Virus record (IMG/VR): IMGVR_UViG_3300028591_000072
Coordinates: 128,001-192,000 of that record
DNA length: 64,000 nt
Strand: one strand, 5' to 3'
Source of the DNA: a virus
Taxonomy: Duplodnaviria > Caudoviricetes
A model generated the notes under the pieces. It had not been told where the DNA came from. It searched no databases and was given only the letters and a program-made list of their open reading frames with translations. This document shows positions 1 through 8,036 of this stretch, one piece after another. Positions within the stretch are counted from its first letter, which is position 1. Each line of letters starts with the position of its first letter. The position numbers were made by a program, and so were the translations under genes.

Positions 1-127
1 CGTCTTTATTTTCACGCTGTTCGTCAATTACACGTTTAAAACCGCCTATTACATCTGTTTCTATTCCTGTCATACTTCCTGACTCATCTATTACAAAAAC
101 AATATTTACAAAACCGTTTTTACTCAT
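1..127 (-). CDS. von Willebrand factor A (vWA) domain protein, N-terminal part (runs off window)
   Basis: Not in the ORF track. Minus-strand translation from ATG 127 is MSKNGFVNIVFVIDESGSMTGIETDVIGGFKRVIDEQRENKD, with a hydrophobic strand and the MIDAS motif DxSGS. The start overlaps the upstream stop (ATGAGTAA). Confidence 0.8.
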   Translation of the reverse strand, partial: MSKNGFVNIVFVIDESGSMTGIETDVIGGFKRVIDEQRENKD

Positions 128-1277
128 TTTCTTTTATTATTTTTAGTAAATTATTTTTATCCGTTATAACATCATAAGGAAAATCAATTATAAAATTTGA
201 ATAATATAGAAGTTTAACATTGTTTTTATCACAAAGTTCTTTTTTTATTCTATCTCTTTCTTGTATTTGTTTTATTTTTTCTTCTGTATAAAAAGATTTT
301 TTATTTCTAGAATGAAAAAAATGCTGAATTCCTTGACATTCTATTCCAATATTATACTTAGGAATAAAAAAGTCAATAGATTGTTTTCCAAGCCAATCAA
401 ATTTTTTCCATCTTTCATGCTCTATATTATTAAGTGTTAATAAATTTTCAATTTCTTTTTCTAATTTACTTTCTTTACAATTTGGGCAGCCATCATTATT
501 TAAATGTCTATTTGGAGTTTGCCAAAATTCACCGTGTTCAGGACAAATTATACAAACTTTTGTATGATTATTTGTATATTCAACCTTTGAATAATCATAT
601 TTTTCTCCGTGAACTTTTTTTGCGTCATTTATGAATTCTTCTATGTTTTTTGTCCTGTTTTTATTTTTCATATAATTTCCGCATTTTGGACATCCTTGTC
701 CAAAAATATGCATATATGGTGCCTGAAAAAAATCTCCATGAATTTTACATGTAATACAAACTTTAGTATAATTATCTTTATATATTGTTTTAGAATAGTC
801 ATATTTGTTATCATGAATTTCATTTGATTTTTTTATGAAATATTCATTATCATATATTTTTTTACCTTTTCTTTTATTAGAGCATTTTTTACATTCATGC
901 CCACATAAATGATGTGAAGGTGTTTGCCAAAATTCGCCATGCTCAGGACAAATAATACAAACCTTTGTGTGGTTGTTTATATATTCAACTTTTGAATAAT
1001 CATATTTATTACCATAAAGTTCGATAGATTCTTTTATAAAGTCATCAGTTGTTTTTGATTTACATTTTGATTTTTTTTCATTAGAGCATTTTTTACATCC
1101 GTAGCCATTTAAATGTAAATTTGGTGTTTGCCAAAATTCTCCGTGTATTGGACATATTATGCAGACTTTAGTGTTCTTGTTTAAATACTTAACTTTTGAG
1201 TAATCATATTTATTGCCGTGTATATATTTTGATTTTTCAATAAATTCTTCTTTAGTTAATTTTTTCATAAAAGACAT
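120..1277 (-). CDS. Putative homing endonuclease: 4 Zn-binding repeats plus C-terminal PD-(D/E)xK/Vsr-like nuclease
   Basis: Repeats of FIxKxxxxHGxKYDYSKxxYxNxxTKVCIxCxxHGxFxQxPxxHxxGxxCxxC; C-terminal IDFFIPKYNIGIECQGIQH. Confidence 0.8.
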   Translation of the reverse strand: MSFMKKLTKEEFIEKSKYIHGNKYDYSKVKYLNKNTKVCIICPIHGEFWQTPNLHLNGYGCKKCSNEKKSKCKSKTTDDFIKESIELYGNKYDYSKVEYINNHTKVCIICPEHGEFWQTPSHHLCGHECKKCSNKRKGKKIYDNEYFIKKSNEIHDNKYDYSKTIYKDNYTKVCITCKIHGDFFQAPYMHIFGQGCPKCGNYMKNKNRTKNIEEFINDAKKVHGEKYDYSKVEYTNNHTKVCIICPEHGEFWQTPNRHLNNDGCPNCKESKLEKEIENLLTLNNIEHERWKKFDWLGKQSIDFFIPKYNIGIECQGIQHFFHSRNKKSFYTEEKIKQIQERDRIKKELCDKNNVKLLYYSNFIIDFPYDVITDKNNLLKIIKENE

Positions 1278-1284
1278 TTTATAT

Positions 1285-1292
1285 ATAAATAG
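1285..1292 (-). promoter_or_regulatory. CTATTTAT putative late promoter
   Basis: Recurrent motif just upstream of the nuclease gene start. Confidence 0.6.
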
Positions 1293-1394
1293 TAAAAAAC
1301 ATAAAAAATTAGCAAAAACAAAATAAAAATAAATATGTTTTTGTGCTATATTTAATCATTTTTAATTGTTTTTATTTAAAACTTAAAATACAAA

Positions 1395-1402
1395 CTATTT
1401 AT
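1395..1402 (+). promoter_or_regulatory. CTATTTAT putative late promoter
   Basis: Recurrent motif 20 nt upstream of ATG 1423. Confidence 0.6.
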
Positions 1403-1422
1403 AAACGTATAATTGTAATTTT

Positions 1423-1794
1423 ATGAAAAAGGAATATACTGATTTTATATGTGCATTGCATGGCTATACAATAAGAGTCAAAGAAATACATTGGAATACC
1501 ACAAATAATTCTGAACATTTATTATGTGATGAAATAAATGATTGCATTTTTGAATGTGAAGACGAATTTACAGAATGTTGCATGGGAATTGAGGGAAAAC
1601 ATTTTCAAATTGGGAAATTATTACCAATATTACCAAATGCAGAAAGTCTTTTGCCAATGCTAAAAGAACTTGAAGAAGATGTTTTATCAATGAAAAAAAA
1701 GTGTAATGACACAACAGAAAGCGGACTTACGAATGTATTAGACGATATGATGCAAAATGTTAATAAATTCAAATATAGAGCAACCCAAAAATGA
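1423..1794 (+). CDS. Small ferritin/Dps-like four-helix protein
   Basis: KEIHWN...EHLLCDE...EDEFTE pattern resembles the Dps-like HW/H..DE/E ligands. Confidence 0.55.
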   Translation: MKKEYTDFICALHGYTIRVKEIHWNTTNNSEHLLCDEINDCIFECEDEFTECCMGIEGKHFQIGKLLPILPNAESLLPMLKELEEDVLSMKKKCNDTTESGLTNVLDDMMQNVNKFKYRATQK

Positions 1795-2435
1795 GCAAAA
1801 AAACAATAATATTAACAGATAAACAACTTGACGAAATTGCAAATGGTGTAAGTAGTTATTTGGATACGTTGGGAACAACTCCTGATATGCCAGAAGATTT
1901 TGCAAATCAGACAAGTTTGGGCTCTAATGGATACGGAGAAGCTTATACTGACCCTGAAACATCAGATGACTTTGGAAAGCGCCACTACCCTGAATATAGA
2001 TGGGCATTGGGTCCAAGGACATTTGGAAAAGGTCCGTCAAATATTCATGAAATGTCAAAAAAAGATTGGGAAAACAAATATATTTTAAATGAAGAAGAAA
2101 AAAACGGGCAGCATTTATCAAATATTAATTTCGGCAATTCAGACAAACAATATTCAGATGATGCGATGACACAATATCAATACAGAAAAAGAAAAGCAGC
2201 AAGACAAGCATTAAATGGTTCAACACCAGAGGAAAAAATGAAAGGTCTCCAATCATTACAAAGAATAAATAACAACAACGGAAAAAGTAGAGAAGTCGCT
2301 GAAAAACAATTTAATGCAGCGAAGGCTTCTGCAAGAGTTTTGCCAAAAAAGATAAAATCAGCGCCAAAAACAGGAATTGGAACAACACATGACAAAAAAT
2401 TAAAAAACGGAATAATAACAACAGCAAAAGAATAA
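1791..2435 (+). CDS. Hypothetical protein, possible virion/internal head protein
   Basis: 214-aa ORF, ATGA-coupled; N-terminal IILTDKQLDEI motif shared with other late genes. Confidence 0.6.
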   Translation: MSKKTIILTDKQLDEIANGVSSYLDTLGTTPDMPEDFANQTSLGSNGYGEAYTDPETSDDFGKRHYPEYRWALGPRTFGKGPSNIHEMSKKDWENKYILNEEEKNGQHLSNINFGNSDKQYSDDAMTQYQYRKRKAARQALNGSTPEEKMKGLQSLQRINNNNGKSREVAEKQFNAAKASARVLPKKIKSAPKTGIGTTHDKKLKNGIITTAKE

Positions 2436-2455
2436 AATCAAAAAACTAAAATATT

Positions 2456-2830
2456 ATGCAAACTTGTTTAGAAAAAAAGGGTATTGAATCAAGACAAAAT
2501 CTATTACCAAGAAATGATTATACAAGGGTTGAAGAATACTCACAAACACACCCTGATGCATTGGCAACAGGAGACCCACAAGGAAAAGGAACAGGACATG
2601 GCGGACACACACATTCAATTCCAGATTGTACAGCACCTTCAACAATAAACTATTCTAATTTTGATACAAACGGCGGAGGTGGCTCATACGACATAAACGG
2701 AAGAAATGGCGTTGGTGGTAGGATTTTTTGCCAAAACATTTCAATGTACAACGAAGCAAATAGTTATTGTAATGTTTCAATTGATACAACAGCAAATGTT
2801 GCTGACGGACAAATTGTTATTAAGGCATAA
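2456..2830 (+). CDS. Gly-rich hypothetical protein
   Basis: 124-aa ORF within an operon; GDPQGKGTGHGGH motif. Confidence 0.65.
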   Translation: MQTCLEKKGIESRQNLLPRNDYTRVEEYSQTHPDALATGDPQGKGTGHGGHTHSIPDCTAPSTINYSNFDTNGGGGSYDINGRNGVGGRIFCQNISMYNEANSYCNVSIDTTANVADGQIVIKA

Positions 2831-3687
2831 TGAAAAAAAGACTAATACATATAAACGAGACCGTTTCATTATCTAAAAAAAGATTCGGAAAAGAAACTTG
2901 GCAATTAAGCAAAGAAGAAAAAATCCAATTTGCAATTGAAAATTGCCGTAGAATCCGAATTACTTATGACGATAAAAAAGGCGGGAAAGGTAAAAATACA
3001 AGATACCTTTTGCCATTGGTATATGGTATTACAAAAAACGGAAAAAGTGCAATTAGGGCCTTTCAGACTTATGGCTCAACAAAAAGAGGTGTTCCCAAAT
3101 ACAAACTTTTCCTAACAGACAACATAGGACAAGTTGATATCGGACGTGTAAAATATTATGATTATGAACAAGAATTATTAAGCACGGGATTTAACGATTC
3201 CGGAGATAAAGGATTCTCTGACATTTATTCGATAACCCCACTTGCAAGAAATTTCAATGTGGCAAATCTGTCAAATCAAAATCAACCAATAGATTCAAAC
3301 CCAGTTCAAAAATCAGATATTGATAAAGGAGAAAAGCCACAAGCAACGCCAACACATCAAACACGGCCAACGCAAACAATAAATGTTGCACAAAAAAATA
3401 TTGACAATTTAGGACAAAAAAGTTACTTTCAAAATAAAGTTGAGGCACCAGATACTGAGCCTGTTTCAAAAGGCGAAATCGAAAACGGGGAAAATATACC
3501 GCAGCCAACACAGGTAAGCCAATCACCAATTGATATTGGTGATGAAACGGAACCAGTAGAAAAATCAGATATCGAACCTCAAATTAATACAGATAATGTT
3601 TTATCTAAGTCTTATAAAGATATGATGGACAGAATGGATAATCTTTATAACGATGAAGATGAAGAAAATGATGAAGATAATTTATAA
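2830..3687 (+). CDS. WYL-like domain protein with disordered acidic C-terminus
   Basis: AIENCRRIRITY...TRYLLPLVYG...AIRAFQ...YKLFLTDNI resembles the WYL fold pattern. Confidence 0.55.
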   Translation: MKKRLIHINETVSLSKKRFGKETWQLSKEEKIQFAIENCRRIRITYDDKKGGKGKNTRYLLPLVYGITKNGKSAIRAFQTYGSTKRGVPKYKLFLTDNIGQVDIGRVKYYDYEQELLSTGFNDSGDKGFSDIYSITPLARNFNVANLSNQNQPIDSNPVQKSDIDKGEKPQATPTHQTRPTQTINVAQKNIDNLGQKSYFQNKVEAPDTEPVSKGEIENGENIPQPTQVSQSPIDIGDETEPVEKSDIEPQINTDNVLSKSYKDMMDRMDNLYNDEDEENDEDNL

Positions 3688-3692
3688 TTAAA

Positions 3693-4301
3693 ATGGCAGT
3701 TTCAAAACAACAATTAGCACAAATTATAGGAAAAGCAAGGGATTTATGTAATCCTGAAGGTGACAGGCTTGTTGAATCATATAAAGGTGATGGCAATTTC
3801 GATAGAAATGACCCAGACCCATCTTCATATGACGATTATTCTCAATTTGATAGAATGTACCTTAATGAAGAAGAAGATTATCAGCCACAAAAAAGAAATG
3901 TTCAAACAAAAGACATTAGATATAATCAGCAAACGGCAGCAAATAGCAAAATGCCTGACAAAATCAAACAATCAATGCTTAATGAAGTCATAGATGTAAC
4001 TGCATTGGATAATCAGTCTGTTTTATCAGGAATGGATATACCTGGCGTAAACAGAAAACCGCAACAAAGCAGAAGGCCCGTTAATGAACAACAATATCAG
4101 ACACAAGGCGGAAACATTGACTATTCAATAATAAAAGCAATTGTAAATGAATGCTTGAATGATTATTTCTCAAGACAACCATTGAATGAAAGCGCATCAA
4201 TTAGCACAATTGGACTAAAGCCAGGCGTTATAAAAGTGGTTGATAGTAAAGGAAATGTATTTTCAGGTAAACTTGAAAAAATAGGAAATACAAAAAATTA
4301 A
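3693..4301 (+). CDS. Hypothetical protein
   Basis: 202-aa ORF closing the operon. Confidence 0.7.
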   Translation: MAVSKQQLAQIIGKARDLCNPEGDRLVESYKGDGNFDRNDPDPSSYDDYSQFDRMYLNEEEDYQPQKRNVQTKDIRYNQQTAANSKMPDKIKQSMLNEVIDVTALDNQSVLSGMDIPGVNRKPQQSRRPVNEQQYQTQGGNIDYSIIKAIVNECLNDYFSRQPLNESASISTIGLKPGVIKVVDSKGNVFSGKLEKIGNTKN

Positions 4302-4322
4302 CGAAATAATGAATTTATAAAG

Positions 4323-4353
4323 AAAAGTCAGTCATAAACGGCTGACTTTTTTT
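4323..4353 (+). terminator. Intrinsic terminator
   Basis: AAAAGTCAGTC-ataaac-GGCTGACTTTTTTT. Confidence 0.8.
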
Positions 4354-4390
4354 GTTTATAGCAAACTATTTATAAAGAAAAGTTTTAGAA

Positions 4391-4966
4391 ATGAGTAAAA
4401 AACAAATTATTAAAATAAACGAAAGTCAATTAAAACAAGTTGTCACTGAAATTGTGAAAAAAATGTTGAAAGAAGAAACTTCAGACAGTTGGCAACATCA
4501 AGACTTTGATTTTAGAAACGCATGTGAAAGGCTTTGTGGAGAAATTGAATTAGGTAATTACGATAATAGAATAACAGATGCCGAATGGGTTGAAGACATG
4601 GAAAATAAATACGAAAATGATAATAATGGCACAGTTGGTAATATACGTAAGGCTATAAATGATAGATTATCCATAATTGCAAATGATTCATCAGGCAAAA
4701 GCCAGTATATGAGCAATGAAATAGCAAAAAGAATAGTATCTGAATCAATGAAAAATGTATTGAAAGAAGAACAAGAAAATACATATGAAACATTAATAGA
4801 AATTATGAATAAACTTGATATGATTATGCATAGCGGATTTATACCATTTTCTTCGCCAAGTCCTTCATCAACAGAAAAAAAAGTTGCTGATTCAATAAGG
4901 CAAGCAAATGAATTATTAAAACAAGCCGCCATTGGTTGTAAACAATTAGGATATGGGATTAATTAA
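4391..4966 (+). CDS. Hypothetical protein with INESQL motif, possible internal head protein
   Basis: Own CTATTTAT motif (4366-4373); internal repeat IVKKMLKEE / IVSESMKNVLKEE. Confidence 0.65.
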   Translation: MSKKQIIKINESQLKQVVTEIVKKMLKEETSDSWQHQDFDFRNACERLCGEIELGNYDNRITDAEWVEDMENKYENDNNGTVGNIRKAINDRLSIIANDSSGKSQYMSNEIAKRIVSESMKNVLKEEQENTYETLIEIMNKLDMIMHSGFIPFSSPSPSSTEKKVADSIRQANELLKQAAIGCKQLGYGIN

Positions 4967-4970
4967 ATAA

Positions 4971-5001
4971 AAAAAAGTCGGTCAAATGGCCGACTTTTTT
5001 T
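4971..5001. terminator. Bidirectional intrinsic terminator
   Basis: AAAAAAGTCGGTCA-aa-TGGCCGACTTTTTTT between convergent genes. Confidence 0.8.
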
Positions 5002-6535
5002 ATGCCTCAGTTTCTACTTCATTTTCAAATTCAAGAGCGTTTATTTTCTCTTCTTTTGCATCCAAAACATCAAGTATTGTACCGATTACAATGTCTTTAT
5101 ATTCTTTTGACATAAATTTGCCTGTCAATGGGTCCACATCAACAATTTCAAGCATTGCTTTTGGCATGTCTCCATCTTCAAAATCCTCAAGTTCTTCAAG
5201 AGTCATATTGAAAACAATTTCAGCAAACCTTGCTTTCACCTTGTCAATTCCAAGTTGTCTTTCACGTTTCATTCTTTCAATGTAATCGTTTTTGATTTGT
5301 TCCCAATCCATTTCACAGTAATCCAAATACGGTGGTTCCCATTCAGGATGCGACATCCAAAACTTAATTTCCCTATCATCAAGAGTCATAAGTTGTTCAT
5401 ATGTGTCTTGGTCTGATTCTTTATTTGGGAAGCCATTGCATAATTCACATTGGTCATATGTGAAATATTGTCTGTCATCAGGATTTGTAATTAAAATTTT
5501 ATTTCTAATTTCAGGCCTGAAGCAAACCAAAAGAGGCGTAATTCTTTTATTGAATTGGTCAATATACTTTTGTACATTATATTCTTCGCCCTCTTTACAC
5601 ATTATATCTTCTTCTGAATCAACAATTTCTCTTGGTACCAATTTGCAATTAAGTATGACCTCATCTTCGATTATAACATCTGAATGATGTCTTTTTACAT
5701 AATCGTTGAATGACAAAGCACGTTCTTTTGGCGCTAACTTTCCATCAACATTGTTTTTTTTCCATTCTTTTTCCAATGCAACCCTGTAATCGGTTTTTTC
5801 TCCAAATAATCCGTCTACTTTATAATAATGGGTTACTTTTTTTGCATCGGTTTGTGATTTTGTCTTACCGATATTGATATAATAAATGGTTTCTCCCATA
5901 CTGACATCAAGATTCTCTCTCAATGCAAGTTCCATCCATGCTTGTCTTGATTTAGGCCTACCTGCTTTTGTTATTGTTTTGCAATCTTCAATATATTCAT
6001 CCAATGATTTTTTAATTTTTCCTTTTGAAGCAATCATTTTCAATGGAATTTGATAATTGTAAATTTTTTCGATATAGTCATAATATGCTTCAATAAAGTC
6101 TTGGCCTTTTTTGCTCAAAAGAAGTCTTATACCTTTTTCCAAGAATTTTGAAATATATTCAGGCATTTTTTTGGATTTAATTGTGTTACCAACCATTTTA
6201 ACATCCTTCGGAAATTCTTCATCAGGGAAATAGTCTGCATAGTTCTTTCTACTAAAGTTAATTGTTGCATCAACTATTTCGTCAATTCCAAGACCCATTT
6301 TATTAACGCAATTAGGACCATAATGAAAATCTTTCATAAACATATCATTAAACTCAGCAACATCAGCTTTAAATCCAGTATATTCTGCACCCGGTTTAGT
6401 TTCTCTTGAAAGACCTAAACTAACATATGGGTTATTTTTTGAATATCTATATTCACTTTTTTCAACATTTAGCCCAAAATACTTTGGTAAAGTAAGGGTC
6501 TTATCTTTTACTTTTATATTATAAAATTTACTCAT
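5000..6535 (-). CDS. Family B DNA polymerase, C-terminal part (rest of palm and thumb), with a 26-aa intein-C-like leader
   Basis: GLGIDE...NFSRKNYA (KKRY-equivalent), KMVGNTIKSKK, GETIYY, YNVQKYIDQF thumb-like motifs; follows the N-terminal part across a nuclease gene. Confidence 0.8.
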   Translation of the reverse strand: MSKFYNIKVKDKTLTLPKYFGLNVEKSEYRYSKNNPYVSLGLSRETKPGAEYTGFKADVAEFNDMFMKDFHYGPNCVNKMGLGIDEIVDATINFSRKNYADYFPDEEFPKDVKMVGNTIKSKKMPEYISKFLEKGIRLLLSKKGQDFIEAYYDYIEKIYNYQIPLKMIASKGKIKKSLDEYIEDCKTITKAGRPKSRQAWMELALRENLDVSMGETIYYINIGKTKSQTDAKKVTHYYKVDGLFGEKTDYRVALEKEWKKNNVDGKLAPKERALSFNDYVKRHHSDVIIEDEVILNCKLVPREIVDSEEDIMCKEGEEYNVQKYIDQFNKRITPLLVCFRPEIRNKILITNPDDRQYFTYDQCELCNGFPNKESDQDTYEQLMTLDDREIKFWMSHPEWEPPYLDYCEMDWEQIKNDYIERMKRERQLGIDKVKARFAEIVFNMTLEELEDFEDGDMPKAMLEIVDVDPLTGKFMSKEYKDIVIGTILDVLDAKEEKINALEFENEVETEA

Positions 6536-8000
6536 TTTTCCAAATATATTTAATTAATCCGCAATCCCATATTTTTATAAAACCAAGTTTGTCACAAATT
6601 TCTTTTTCTGTTAATGTGGTATCTATTTTATATTTTTTATATAAAATATTTTTTCTAAATCCAAATTTATGAAATCTTTTTTGCTCTCCACCTTTTATGT
6701 ATTTATAATCTGGCGGTGTGTACTTTTCAAAATTAAAACCAATTTTTGTATAAAAATTTCCAATTAAGTCATTAGACCATCTTCTATCAGCAAATGACTT
6801 TACTTCTTTTGGATTATATTTTTTAATAAAATAAGAAAAAAGTTTTCCTCCTACTCCACAACAAATTTTTGATGTATCCGTCGCATATCTGTTTAATTCC
6901 CATTTGTCACCATTCTTTTTTTCTTTTTTAAAAGTCATTACTCCAATTAATTCTCCTTTGTAAAAACATCCTAAATATACACTTGATTTTACTTCTCCTT
7001 GAATGTGAAATGAGTTTAAGAATTGCTTTGATTCACTATATGTTATATCTTTTACATTGCAATTTCTTGCATAAATTTTATCATTTGTTGTTTTGTTTAA
7101 AATATGAGAAATCTTATTTAACACTATTTCTTTTTTATAAAGATATTCATCTTCAAATATTTGAATTAGTCTTATACCATTATTTTTACACATTTCTGTT
7201 TTTTCCAAATGATAATTTTTATTTTTTATACATTTTTCAGAATGCCAAAAAAGTCCATTATATTCAATTCCTATTTTATATTTTGGAATGTAGATATCTA
7301 TTTCAAATGGCTTAATAGATTCTCTATCATTTTTTATAACATTATCTTTTCCTATTAATGAAACAATGTATTCGTAAATTTCATTTTCTGGCTTTGAAAT
7401 TTTAGAAAAGCAAGAAGGACATCCTCCTTGTGGCGATGTTAAATGGTCACACGCAATTTTTTCAAACTCAGTACCACAATCATTACATTTTATTGTAATT
7501 TTAGAATGGCTATTTTCATATTCTTTTTCAATATATGGAAATGAATATTTTTCGCCAAATCTATTTGTTGATTCTTTTATAAAATGTGAAAAATCATTTT
7601 TTCTATATTCTGAAGCATATTTTTTTCCACACAACGGGCATCCTTGTCCTCTTAAATGATTATTAGCTGCTTGTTCAAAATCGCCATGAATTTTACAAGT
7701 AATAATAACTTTACTTCTTTTATTTACATATTTAGTTTTTGAATAATCGTACCTGTTACCGTGAACACTTATTGCTTTTTCAATAAAAGATTCAGAATCT
7801 CTCTTTTTTAACCCAACACATGAAGGGCATCCATTTCCATTAAGATGTGAGTACGGCTTTTGCCAAAACTCGCCATGCTTAGGACATATTATACAGACTT
7901 TTGTTTGTGAATTAACATAATAAGCCTTAGAATAATCATATTTATTTCCGTGTATTAATTTTGCTTTTTCAATAAAAATTTCAGTATTATATTTTTCCAT
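6528..8000 (-). mobile_element. Free-standing homing-type endonuclease inside the polB locus (Zn repeats + PD-(D/E)xK + Hef/GNAT-like C-terminal domain)
   Basis: CPKHGEF/CKIHGDF repeats; EIDIYIPKYKIGIEYNGLFWH; WELNRYA...GGKLF...SFADRRWS; own CTATTTAT at 8028-8035. Confidence 0.8.
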
Positions 8001-8036
8001 ATGCTTGTTTATAATCCATTTTTATTAATAAATAGT

